A stretch of DNA of 64,000 nt, from the NCBI RefSeq assembly GCF_009834535.1, contig NC_045696.1, positions 121,832,001 through 121,896,000 of the forward strand, read 5' to 3'. This DNA comes from Camelus ferus. Taxonomy: Eukaryota. Below the pieces are notes generated by a model, which saw only the letters and a program-made list of their open reading frames with translations, searched no databases and was not told where the DNA came from. Positions 51,167 through 64,000 of the stretch are shown piece by piece. A program made the translations under genes and the position numbers. Numbering within the stretch: the first letter of the stretch is position 1; every line of letters begins with the position of its first letter.

Positions 51167-54100
51167 CTGCATTATTAAAAATGGAGAGAGAAAAATTAAA
51201 CTATATAACATACTTATACTAACATAGTAAACACTGTTCCAGATACAAATATTAGCACCCAGTTGTTACTGATGTGAACACATGTGTAAGTTATACCCTC
51301 CTCATAACTGGGCTTGTGATGGACCCCACTCTCATAAGCAGTATTACAGCGATGGGAAGTAGGTCTTAAAGTGGAAGAGCAGTTGGTTTGCAATCTAAAT
51401 CTTCTATTTGTTACTTATATTTGTTATTATATATAATTTTTGTAACTATTACTATTAATTTATTCACTTATGTCTTGCTGCAAAAAAGTATTGGAAAAAC
51501 TGAACAATGTTACATGATACATGATTTATAAAAACAGTTAATGCAATTTTTTCTTAACAGAGAGAAAAAAAGATGCTTACATTTTTGACCTTATTTTTTA
51601 AGAAGAGTTTCTAGTTTTAAAGCATAGGTTTTTTAAAATTTCCTTTCTTAAGATTTTTTCCATACCATTTTGTCTTAGATTCTAACTAAAACTGAAAAAT
51701 TGTTAGTGTACAGAGTAAACACAGTTTAAAAAACAATCAACCAACCAACCCCAGGCTAGTGGCCAGGGTGTCTTATACGTAAGTGAAGGACATACTTTCC
51801 ATTTATCTCTGAGGAGTCAGAAGGTGATTGTCACCAGTGGAATTGCTTTCTGACAGGCTCTGCCTGTTCTGACTTCTGACATGAAACCACCATATCTCGT
51901 GGTTAATTCACAGATCTAATGTCCTTGCAGGCCTAGGATTTAATCACAGCTACACGTCCTATGAAGGATGCCTAGGGAGCTTGGGCACAGCGCTCTGGAA
52001 AGCCCTGCTATTCAGAACCACATGTAGAAACACTCAAGGTTAAATTAGATCAGAGAACCTGGTGCGGAAATCCCTTCACTGATTCATGGAACAGTTAAGC
52101 CACACCTCTTCAGTGGGGTTTATGAAATGAAGATAATTTTTCAGGAAGCCCACCTGAAAGAAAATCTAGAGGATTTCATTCATTCATTCATTAGGGCACC
52201 ATGAGTATAAATATGATGGAAACTTGCTTCTGACACAAGATGGGTTTTTGCTACATTCTGTGTCATCAGTTTTACCCTATGTTGTGTATTTGAAGATTTT
52301 TATGAAACAATCAATTATCAGATAAAATTATTTTTCTAGATAGGAACTGTAAAGGCATTATCAAGCTAAAAATATATGGCTGGTGGGAATGACAGACACA
52401 TATCTTCTACTTTTTACACATTTTTTTCCCTGATGTAGGTGTCTATGTGTATAGACACTCAAGGTACCATGCAGAAACTTTCAGATAGACTGACCTGAAA
52501 AAAGTCACTTCAATAATTCTCTCTTAGTTCAATGAAGTGCCAAAATTATGCACTCCCTTGAAACTAAACCAAGAAATTATCCAAAAATCCAGAGCATGGT
52601 TTCCACTCTCCTATAACAATGAGCACTTACAATATGCCAAACACTGTTCTAAATATTTTATTAACAATATTTCATTTAATTGCCAAATAGCTGCACCATA
52701 TATATATTAACCCATTTTATAGGTGAGGAAACTCACAGAGAGGCTAAGTAAATTGCCAAAAGCAACAAAAAAAGTGGTTTGAACCCAGGCAGCCCATCTC
52801 ATGAGCCTGTGCTCACAACCACTTGGCGTCCACGGGTGTTGTTGACCTTTAGTTCCCTGAAGTACCCACCTCCTGTTTCCCCAGAGACACCAGGCTTTCT
52901 GATGGAACTGTTCCTTGATTTAGGGAGTGAGATGATAAATCTCATGGTATTACATCAACAAAGCCAGACATTATGTCGGAAATGTTTAAAATGTATCAAA
53001 ATAAAGCTATATCCTCCAGGGGATCCTCCTAGGGGTCACTGTGTTTCTTTACACCCAGTCACCTACTCTGAGATTTTCTTAGTAAAAGTCAGTGAATGAA
53101 TCTAATGTTGTGGCTCAAGGAGAAGGGAGAGGAGGACTGAAGTTTCCATTTCTATCATGTACCCTTAATGACCTATTAACAAGATGGATACCCCTCCCTT
53201 TTCCTCCCCCTCAACCTTTATACCAGAGGGAGAGCCCTGGTGAACTGTGGAATTTATAAGATCCTAGGAAGATTCCCCTATTCTAAGACAGGGGTGTTCC
53301 CTCAGATGCTTGGGAGTTGGGGTTGTGGTATATTTTACAAGTATGTGTCATTTCACTGATAACAGTAATCTTCGTCTTTCAACTTAAATAAAACCCATCT
53401 GTGTCTCTGTATTCTTTAATAATTAAATTTGAGGATAATGATGTCTAAAGATGGTGTGTGCTATGTGAGGTCCCCATTTACAAATTCTTCATGGGCCTCT
53501 ACTAGTATTAATATGTTAATATTTATAATGTAGATTGTGTTCTAAAAAATAAAATAATTTTGTTTGAAATATAACTTACTAAGCATTCCAGTGGATATCA
53601 AAAGTGATATTGAAGGCTTTATCTGACTTTAATTCTTGAGAACAGAAGCTTCTAATGCATGTAGTATGAAAAAAGTGACAAAAATCTCAAAACAATTGTC
53701 ACTGAATATTAGCATCTTACACAACTCGAGAAATGTTTGTGAAGAAACAAACATTTAACATTTAATTATTACATACAAACTGAAATTTACTTACTCTGCC
53801 CAAATACATAAGTAGCAGTTAGTCAACTATTCCATTTGTGCTGGCTTATACAGTATAAATCTGAAGAGGAGTGAGTTTGCAGCTGAAGCCCAGGTGAGCT
53901 GAGGCAGAATGGAACCTCAGTTCCCCCACCCCCACCCTTCTTATGGCTAAGTGGAAAAACTTGGCGCCAAACTCAGATTGTTAATTTGAACAAGTTGATC
54001 AGGACATAGCGCAATACTCCATCTAAGTGAGGCATGGCAGGGAAGAAAGAAGTTTATCATCACAGGTGCTTGTTTCTGGAGAATAAATTTTTTTCATATT

Positions 54101-54951
54101 AACAATGATTATGAAAATACTCAAATGTTAATATGAGAGTGATCTTGTAGGTGGTTTTCTAAAAATCATTGTGAGAACTTGTACAAAGTGGCAGCATTCG
54201 GTCCTGCTAGTTATTACCACCTACAGAACTGTGTCTCCCTCATCCCCGCTAACACCCCGTTTTATGCATTGAAGCCCTCACTGACAGTATGGCTGTATTT
54301 GGGGACAGAGCTTTTAGGATGTAATTAAGGTTAAATGAGGTCATCAGGGTAAGATTCTAATTCAGTAGGATTGGTGGGCCTCTAGAGGAGGGCGAGAGAT
54401 CTCCCCACGTGCAGAAAATTTTGCTAGTGTGAACCAGATATGGTGACTGGTGGTGAAAAGCCCTTCAGCATAGTATTTCAGCTCTTCCTATGGCCTGTGG
54501 AGACCCCGTGTGACTGGGCCCCCTGAACACAGTATCATATCTAATATGCCCCACGCTGTAGGCTCCAGTCATATTGGCCTTCATTGATCTCCTCCCTCCC
54601 AGAGGCCAAGCTGCACCCACCTAGGCCTGCTGTCTCTCAGCCTATAAGGCGCAGACATCTTGTCTGGGAATGGTGGCTGCTGCTTATCCCAGAGGTGCAG
54701 TTTAAAGGCTGCCACTTTGAGTGGCCCTGCTGGACCACTCTGTAATAGCGGCCTGTCATCTTCTTTACGTGGCATCCTGTCTACCTTGTATCACAATCGT
54801 TAATAATAATCTGTAGTTTCCCCCACCCCTTAGTTTTATCGTCTGTCTGAAAGCCCCAGACAAGACAGACCCTGCCTGTCACATTTTCTTATAGTAAGGG
54901 TTAGTGGACATGCAACTTTATGATAATCGAGAGAGTGTAGGATATGCATAC

Positions 54952-55113
54952 TTGACATTAGATGTAAGCAATGTATCACTGGGACAAGTTGCCCCTTCTG
55001 CCTCCTCCAGCCTCTTACGAGCTCTATGGGGCCATTGAATCAGCACGGTATGATTGGTGTCCTCAGATGATGTATTTTCACTGTGGGTGTCCACTGCAAC
55101 AGAAGGGCTTTTC
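54952..55113 (-). pseudogene. ARHGAP20-like exon, PH start (KSPSVAVDTH...NHTVLI-GPIELVRGWRRQKGQL-SDTLLTSNVK)
   Basis: Flanked by ttgcag| and |gtatgc. Aligns to ARHGAP20 SPSASVDT...LLIDGRAELKRGLQRQERHLFLFND only with two compensating frameshifts. Confidence 0.75.
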
Positions 55114-56444
55114 CTGCAAAACATCAAATGCCACAGAACAGCCAGTCACTGGTCAAGTATATGACGGAGTTTATGTTAAACGTCAAGGTTGACACTTAGC
55201 CTCAATCTCCCAAACAGGGCTTCACAGCTGAAATTCATGAGTTAGCAAGTTATAGAAAGCTATAGAAAAAAATGAGGCCACTTAGGGGGTTGATGTGGAT
55301 AGACAATGGTTTCAGGGACAAAGCACCAGGGTGTGCCACTCTTAGAGGTGGGGAAAAGGAGAAGACAGCAAAGTTGATCATGAACTATAGGGAAGGGGGG
55401 AACCAAGAGGCTTAAGGCAGAGTGTATTACAAGAAGGTAAAAACAAACAAACGAAAAAAAACCCGTGTGATAATTGTGGCCTAACAGATAAAATGATATG
55501 GAGATTTGCAGAGAAGTAATTACAATTTGGTTTCATGTTAACCTAAAAATGTAGATAACAGGATTGTGGTAAATTGACTTCAGTCTCATCTAAATCAATA
55601 TTCAGATATTGGGGAGAAATTCTCAAAGATCAGCAAATAATACTGGAAACATTAAAAAGTTTCTAAGTATGAGGAAGTGCTTAGCTGTTACTTGGTTGAG
55701 CTACAGCTAAGCTGTAACAGAACTCTCTGGTCATAATAGATAAAACAACTAAGTTGAACTGAACATAAAAATTCTTGATAAATAGACCAGGTACTTTCAT
55801 AGAGCTACAGAAAATTCTTTCCCCTGGAGTCAAGAAAGTGACCCGCTGCCTCCCAGACAAGAGTGTAAAACCTGCTCATTTGTGCTCAGCAGCACTGAAT
55901 CTTATAATTATAAACATGAGTAGTGTTTCATGAAACCGATGCTGAAGGTAAAAATTTCATTTTTTTTAGAGAAAACAAAACACCTCCTGTGACCACCAAT
56001 CTGCTTTGATGATCAAAAATAGTATATGTATGACTCAACTACTATGCTGTACACCAGAAATAAACACAGCATTGTAAACGGTCTATACTTGAATTTTAAA
56101 AGTTGCACATAATATGATGCAATTAAGAGATATGACAGTGTTGGCAGTGAAAAAATTAGTAATTAAGGGATTACCTTATGCAGTGAAGCTTTGAATAACC
56201 ACCTAAAATCTCAAAATGCTTTTTGAGTGAGGCGAACATCCTTTTTTCTTTAATTCTTGGCTCTGAAAACCGAGTGTGTCTACAGCACTTGGCAGAGTGC
56301 TGTGAACTACTCCAGAAAGCCTGAGGCTTCTGCAGCAGTCAGGGTCACTGGCCGTTAGGATGTCAAGGTTCTGAGGCTCATGCAATAACTGACAAACTGA
56401 CATACTTGTTTCCCTGATTTTGCCTCCACCTTTTGACTTTTAAA

Positions 56445-57300
56445 AATTAATCTTTTTTATTTTGAGATAACTGTAGATTGACATGCAGCTGTAAGAAATA
56501 ACAGAGGGTCTATAACATTTTACCCAGTTCCCCCCAAAGGTAATCTCGCTCTAAGTTATACTGCAATATCACAACTAGAGTATTAACATGGATAGTCAAG
56601 ATACAGAGCATCCCCTCAAGGATCCTTTATGTTACCCTTTCACAGCCACAGAGACTTCCCTCCCACTTTATCATCTCTTAATTCCTAGAAACCTATAATA
56701 TGTTTTCCATTTCTTTAATTTTGCCATTTCTAGAATGTTTTATCAGTGGAATCATACAGTATATACTGTTTGGGGTTTGCTGTTTTCCACTCAGCATAAC
56801 TATAGATTCATCAGGATGGTGGCAGGTATACATAATTGGTTTCTTTGTAACTCTTAGCAGTGGTCCACGATAATGGTGTGTCACAGCTTGTTGAGTCAAC
56901 TGTTGTGGGACCTCTGGGTCTTTCTTCATTTTGGGGCTGTTAAAAATAAAGCTGCAACAAACGTGTGTGCAGGGTTTTGTGTTAACATATGTGTTCACTT
57001 CTCTGGGCAGATGCTGGGTGGTGTGGTAGCTGTGTCTCTTGTTTTTTTTTTTTTTTTACGAAACTGTCAAATTGTTTTCCATAGTGGCTATGCCATTTCT
57101 CATTCTCACTAGCACTGGATGCCTGATTCGGTTTCCCCTCCTCCACACAAACATTTGGGGGTGTCTTTTTTTACTTTAGGCATCTGATTGCTGTGTAGTG
57201 TCATGTCATTGTGGATTTAATTTGCATTTCCCTCATGGTTAATGATGCTCAGTATCTTTTCATGTGCTTATTTGCCATCTGTGTATCTTCTTTAGTGTTG
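56445..57300 (-). mobile_element. L1M-type 3' end
   Basis: ttaatttgcatttccctcatggttaatgatg...tttttcatgtgcttatttgccatctg. Confidence 0.8.
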
Positions 57301-59119
57301 TGAAATCTATAGTAATCTGCTAAAAATGTATGTAAAGGCAGCATTCTCTCTCCACTAGAAAACTGGCCCATGTGCAGACAGGGAGGCTGCTCCACAGATG
57401 GTTTAGATACTGTCAAACCAGGCAGCTGTGATGGAACCAAAGGCTTCAAATCCAGCTGTCTCAGGAGGTCCCCTAACCTCTTCTCACAGGGACAGTCACT
57501 TTCCTTTGACAACTGTGGAGGGCTGAAATCCAATCACACTAACAAGAGTGTGGCTTCCCTTATAGGCTTCTGTAATAGTTACCTGAATGCATATCTTTTA
57601 TTCCTCACTAATCTCTAAGAACCTGGAAGAGAGAGCCTATATCTGATTTATCATTTAATTCTCACAGGCATTGGCACATGGGAGGAATTCAAGACATTTT
57701 ATTGAATAAATGAATGAAACAGCTTTCTGCCATGGATGAAGAAAAAAGGGCTAACCTGAAATAGTCTGTCTGTCTTTAATTTCATTCATTCAGCAGAGAG
57801 TGTTTGAGTGTGTCTTAAAAGAAAGGCACTTGGTTAGGTCTGGACAGCAGGGAGGAAAAGGGACTCAGATCCAACTGTCTCACAAAATCTAGTTTTGAAC
57901 AGCAGAGACAGAAGTTAGAGCCCCACCAATAACTGTATTAACACCATACTGGTAGGTACAAAGGAAAATTAAAGAGTGAGATGAGCAATTAAAAGGACAC
58001 CTGACTGTGGAGAGGACCGGCAAGGAAGGCTTCTTCGACGAGCTCATTTGAAATGAACTTTAAAACATAATTTGGAATTAATTGGAGAGGAGAGGGGGAA
58101 GACATGGGGAGAGGAAGAAGAAGAAGGAGAAGAAGAGTGTATGTTGAGAAAGGATTTTCATATTAAGGAGATAAAATTTGAGCATATTAAATTTCAGAGA
58201 GAAGAAAAAGTTTGTGAAATTGGAGACACTAAAAGAAGGTACAAGAGAGTTAAATACGTCTGAAAAGATAGTTGGAGTCTGGAAACATAGGTCTTTTTAG
58301 TCCTTTGGACCTTCAGGCCTCTCATTTTAAAACCCAACTAGCTTAAGTGGATCTAGATAGTGGCCTGCAGACCCTTCTCCCCAATCTTAAAGGGACAGTG
58401 CTGGTCTGGGCATGCTTGCCTGTCTTTACAGCTGTGGGGGCTCACGGGGCAGCACTTTCTGGCCTCTCATCAAGCGTCTGTCAGAATCTATTTAAAAAGG
58501 CAAGAAATGTAGGCAGATGTATCTCTGCACCTTTCCCAATTCCCAGATCATCTCCCCTCTCTGCCTCTCCCTTTGGGAGAGGGAGGTTAGAGGCCAGGAG
58601 ACGTCGCCCCATCTAGGATCCAGTCACTGGTCATCAAGTCTGCGATGTGCATCAGAATTGCTCTGGGGAGCCTTTCAGGCAGTCCTTCCCCAGAGGTTCG
58701 GGGTCAGCAGATCCAGAAAACCAGGGCTGTGATTGTGTTCTAGGCATCCAGTGAGAAAGAAGTGGGGTTCTTATGCCATCTTCCCCTTCAGTGTGAAGCA
58801 AAGGAGAGAAAACTCGTCCCAGAAAGACCAAAGGAGCTTTCCTGTAACTTTCATGTGATAGTTACTTTTACATGTAACCGCTAAAGCTTACTTCCTTCCA
58901 AAACACCATTGTTCCTTTCCTTTTATGAAAGTGCTGTGAGTGAAGTAACAGTGACAGGGGCTGTTTTTAAGTATTTCACTGAACACCGAACTTTTGCCCT
59001 AAATTTCAAATAGAAGCGATTATCCTGTGTCACTAGTACCAACACTGAAGCATGTTTCAAAGTCAATTTTCTTAGTTCTGCTTTCTCCCTTAAATGATTA
59101 AATATCTGTATTGGAAAAC

Positions 59120-59375
59120 AGATTGTGTGGTGTCAAGAGTGTAAGTTCTGGAACCCAGTTACCTAGTTTTGAAACCCTCTTCATTATTTACTATCTACCT
59201 GAGAAGACTAGGAAAATCAGTTACACTTTTAAAGCCTCAATGTCCTTATTTGTAAAATAGAGATCGTGATAAAAGTACCTTCCTCATTGGGTTGTTAGGA
59301 GAATTAAATGAGACAATACTTCAGAAAACTTACTATGGTACCTAACACAGCAGTCCCTCAGTTAATGTTAGTTAC
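59120..59375 (+). mobile_element. MIR SINE
   Basis: MIR core gcctcaatgtccttatttgtaaaat...gagaattaaatgaga. Confidence 0.65.
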
Positions 59376-61164
59376 ACTTTTAGGAGACAGTGACTTTATA
59401 TTAAAAAATAACAAGCGACATCATGGGTAGTGTTCCCTGACCAGAGAGGGAGACAGAACAGGGAGTGGTGTTGACTGAGTAACTACAAGGTGCTAAGCTC
59501 TTTGCCAGGCAGTTTAAGTACCTCGTCTCATTTTTTTGCAGCAGATTTGTGAGCAGTTTTGCGAATCCTTATTTCTAGTTGTACTGATGGAGAGACTAAG
59601 GCTTAGTAAAGTTAAGTCACTGAGAGCCACATACCTAACAATTCCTAGAGTCAAGTTTGTCTAATTTCAAAGTCATATAGTGTTTCCACAGCTAAGCAAT
59701 GTTTCCCCTAGGAAGAACAGAAGAAGTGTTTCCCTTCTGAAGGAGAGAAGAAAAATACGAAGCCACACTATGTTTAGGCTGGCTCGGAAGGTGTTGAGTT
59801 GGCAAGTATCTGAGTGTTCTCACTGACTGTCAGTGTTTGCCTTTGGTGCCCAGACCCCACTCTCTCCTCCTCAACATGGCTGGTTGTGGAACCCTGAGCC
59901 ACTGCTGGTTGCATGGACCAACTCCCAGACTGGAAGTTTTATCAGCTCCCAAAGTGGATAGTAGACACTTTTTTTTCTTCTTCCATTTTTTTTATCCACT
60001 GATATGTTTACTCAGTCTTTAATACTACTATGGCCATTATACCTAGTGTATTTGATGTGTATACGTGCTGGAGGGGCCACATCTCATCTAGGACACATTG
60101 AGTCAGTCAGGTTTCCATATTACATTGATCGGGTCTCCCCATTTCTTCCCAAGTGGCCCATCACTTAGGGCACAGCCACTGATAAAATCCTGCAGCGCTG
60201 GTCTCCCGTGTCGCCTCATGTCTTACCCTCTGCACTTTGCTCAGGCTGTGTGCCTAATCCCGTTTCAGTTAGACAGTGGATCAGTTCAACCATCACCACC
60301 AGCAAGTCTTCTCTAAAAGCAGTTGAGGAGCTGAATGAATTGTTCTTTTGACTGAGCTGGTCAGTCTTCAGTTGAAGTAGAAAATTCAGTTGCCCACTGT
60401 AAACCTATTGTATTGGCCAGGTAATACAAGCAGTGGTAGCCAGTAAATCCTCAATCACGGTGGTTTAAATACACTTGAAGTTTATTTTTTGCTAATGTAA
60501 AGCTCATTAGGTAGCCAGTCTAGGAATGGAGGGTTTTCTGCCCTACTTATGGACCCAGGCTGATGGAATTAGCAGGTGGTGCACAGAATTGCCATGGGCT
60601 CACCATCTCATTGGCAAAGGGGAAAAGTGAATGTGAAAGATTCGTGGGAAGTTTTTATGGGCCAGGGCTAGAGGTGGCTTAATCATTCCTCCCCACATTT
60701 CACTGGGTAGAACTTGGGTACATGGCCATACCTAACTGTGCGGGAGCCGGGGAAATGTAGTCTCTGTGTTTGCCTTGGAGGAAAGGAAAACTTAAGGAGC
60801 CAGCGTCTGAGACACCGGTCACTTTAAGGAGCGAGACCTCGGGCTTCAGACAGGCTGGAGGAGCAGTCAGGATGTGACTGTGCTCTCATGATGAGTCCCC
60901 TCCTGAGTCTAGTTGCTCACGTCTCTACACAGATACCAGGCTGTGAACTGTGGCTAAACCTTTCCACTGTGGCCTCAGCCTAATTTTCATTCTGGGTCAC
61001 TGTCCCTGTGAGTAATTTCTCTGCTGATTCTGGCACTCTGGACCTTCTACTACCTGCTAACTCATTTTTACCTCCACAAAGATGGACAAGAGAGGAATGC
61101 CCAGGCCTTCTCAGTGAGCTCGTGCTCCACTACCCTTTGCTGCCCTCTGCTGACCAGACCTGGA

Positions 61165-63686
61165 AATGATGAGTTGTATATGAAACAGCTCCCTCTGAGA
61201 AGGACCTGAGAACTAGCTGAACAGCTACTCCACAACAAAGAATAAAAAAGCCACATTAACATAGGTGGGAGAGGAAAAGACACAGTTGCACCAAAAACCC
61301 TGCCCCTAGCATGGAGACTCACAACTGGGAGGGATCTCACAGTTACAGAAATTCTCCTGGGAGGGTGAGAGATGATTCTCCACCTGAGCCACCCAGCCCT
61401 TCACACCTGCACTGCAGAGACAAACCCTCAAAACATCTGGCTTTGAAAACCAATAGGGGTTGTATCCTGAGGAACCACAGGGCTGTGGGGTATGGAGATT
61501 CTGCTCCTAACGGGCCCATGGGCAGATTCACTCACCCAGCATCTGGGCCCATGGGCAGATTCACTCACCCAGCACCTGGGACAAGAGCAGCAATTTAAAA
61601 ACAGCATAAGCCATATGTAAAGATTTATCTGCCATTCTTAAAACAAGTGCTAGAGGAACAGAAGCTTGTTGGAATTTTCCCTAGGGACGGAGGTGCCAGC
61701 TGGTGCCATTTTTGTACTCTCACGTTAACTTGCTAGCACTCACAGCCCATGCTGCTGCCACAGCCCACCAGAGGCCATGGGCACACATCCCACCCCACCT
61801 GCACTGTTGCTGCAACCCTGCCAGAGGCAAAGGGTCAGCACCCCTCCTGCATGCTGCTGCCACATCCTTTATGGAGGTGGTAGGCAGGGGTCCCACTCCT
61901 CCTTCCATGTTCCTGTTGCTTCACTGGAGGTGGCAAGTGAGTACCCTCCTTCCCCCACAAACCTCAAAGCCAGTGGGCAAATGCAGCCAACACAGGGGAT
62001 GTCCTTTGAGTGCCAGGCTCTGATAGATGGCAGGATTACAGTTCTGATCCATGGGTCTGAAGCAGGGAAACAACAAAGAACTAGGGCAAGGTTAAAAAAT
62101 AAGGCTCAATGCCTACATGGAGTCACCCCTTCAAGACTGGGAGAGATAGCTGTTTTACCTAACATCGAAACAGACACAAAGAGCCAAGAAAAAGGAAAAA
62201 AAAAAAAGAAGAAAATATTCCATATGAAAGAACAAGATAAGTCCAAGGTGGGAGGGGCAGGGGGAGACCTTAATGAAATGGGGGAGATAAGTAATTTACC
62301 TGATAAAGAATTCAAAGTAATGATCATAAAATTGCTCACTGAACTTAGGTGGAGTTTAGATGTACTTAGAAATTCAACAGAGGTAGAAAATGTAAGTACC
62401 AAACAGAAGTCACAGAACCAAAGAATACAGTAACTGAACTGAAAAATATGCCTGAAGGGTTCAACAACGGGCTTAGATAAATCAGAAGGAAAAAGAAACA
62501 GTGATCTCGAAGACAGAGCAGTGGAACTTACCCAAACAGAGCAGCAAACAGGAAAAAAAAAATTAAAAAAATAAAGATAGATTAAGGGACCTGTGAGCCA
62601 AAATCATGCTAAATAATATTCATATGGGGTTATAGAAGCAGAAGAGAGGGAGGGGGCAGAAAACTTATTTGAACAAGTAATGGCTGAAAACTTCCCTAAC
62701 CTAGGTAAGGAAACAGATATCCAGATCTAAAAAGCCCAGAGAATTTCAAACAAGAGGAATCCAGAGAGACCCAAACCAAGAGAAATTAGAGTTAAAATGC
62801 CAAAAGTTAAAGATAAAGAGAGAATCTCAAAAGCAGCAAGAGAAAAACAACTTGTTATGTATAAGGGAACCCCCATAAGAGAAGCAGCAGATTTATAGCT
62901 GAAACCTCGCAGGTCAGAAGGGAGTGGCAGGATATATGCAAAATGGTTAAAGGGAGTATCTTCCAACCAAGAGTACTTCACCCAGCAAAACTGCCATTCA
63001 GTTAATATTAAAGGAGAGAGCAAGTGTTTTCCAGACCAGCAAAAGCTAAGGGAGTTAATCACTGCTAAACTGGCCCTGCAAGAAATGTTGAAGGATCTTC
63101 TTTAAGCTGATAAGAAAGGACACTAACTAGTAACTAGAAAGCATATGAGAATAAAAGTCTCAGTGTTAAAGGTAAATTTATAGTACAGGAAGTTGATTAA
63201 TCACTTATAAAGCCAGTATGAAGGTTAAAAGTCAAAAGTAGTGAAAATAACCATAACTATAATAATTAATTAATAAGTAAGTTAGTTAGATTACACCAAA
63301 TTTTTAAAAATGCAGACTTGTAGAATATGTTCAAATTTGCTATCAACTTAAAATAAATTGTTATGTATGTATAATATATAGACTATTATCTGTGAGCTTC
63401 ATGGTAACCATAAAGCCAAAACCTATGATAGATACACAACAGATGATGAGAAAGGAGTGTAAGCATAACACTAGAGAAAGTCATCAAACAACAGGGAAAG
63501 AAAGAGAAGAAGAAAGAAACAGAAAGGAACTACAAAACAACCAGAGAAGAGATAACAAAATAGCAATAAGTACATACCTATCAATAATTATTTTAAATAT
63601 TTTAAATATAAATGGACTAAATTCTCCAGTCAAGAGACATAGAGAGGCTGAATGGCTAAAAAACAAGAACCAATTATATGCTGCCT
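61165..63686 (+). mobile_element. L1 5' half: 5'UTR, degenerate ORF1 (~62150-63110) and start of ORF2, 3'-truncated
   Basis: NLPDKEFKVMIIK and KERISKAAREK (ORF1), then LNINGLNSPVKRHR...IC (endonuclease start), where similarity stops. A 33-bp tandem duplication lies at 61512-61577. Confidence 0.9.
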
Positions 63687-64000
63687 AATTTGGTAAGAAA
63701 AATAATGATCTGGGCAGATTATACAGAAGGTAACAAAACAACTATGTCTTCTTAAGAGCAGACTGAATACTCCTACACCAATTTGTCATTTTAATAGAGA
63801 GAAAATGACATTCTAGTGCTGTGTCAATGTAATATTTAACACTAAGAATTCATGAAGTTTTTCTTTTGGTCTTACAAATACAGTTATAAAAACGGAGTCT
63901 ACTCTGCAAACATTTTAATGGCTTTCATTGCTTCTCTGCAGGTTCTTTATTTGCATTATTACAAATTAAGACAAAGTTAATTTTCTGCAAGCCTTCTAAA

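Noticed and set aside
52040..57560. Exon-like minus-strand segments near 52150, 53800-53860, 56170-56400 and 57250-57530
   Set aside because: Some have splice-like flanks, but no translation resembles ARHGAP20 or any protein I recognise.
61777..62433. 218-aa ORF
   Set aside because: L1 5'UTR running into degenerate ORF1.

Overview
Mammalian genomic DNA, most likely camelid: it carries tRNA-derived Vic-1-type SINEs and many short L1 3' ends. Family assignments are made by eye against remembered sequences, not by database search. The window is a mosaic of four blocks. (1) 0.1-10.3 kb (+): four spliced exons of an ABCA13-like gene covering late TMD2 to the NBD2 Walker A, with nonsense and frameshift lesions. 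(2) 23.9-31.3 kb (-): an apparently intact three-exon CCDC201 gene (194 aa, strong Kozak, all GT-AG, phase-0 introns). (3) 38.7-39.8 kb: a sharply bounded CpG island with splice donors on both strands and no assignable host gene. (4) 42.1-55.1 kb (-): an intron-containing, disabled ARHGAP20-like (PH-RA-RhoGAP) gene. The rest is L1, SINE, MaLR/ERV LTR, Tigger and MIR repeats. I see no new biochemical system. The most interesting signal is an intact oocyte-associated CCDC201 lying between two decayed genes, apparently outside its usual ADCY1-IGFBP1 neighbourhood. It also has a 105-bp tandem duplication that copies its exon-1 splice donor in frame.
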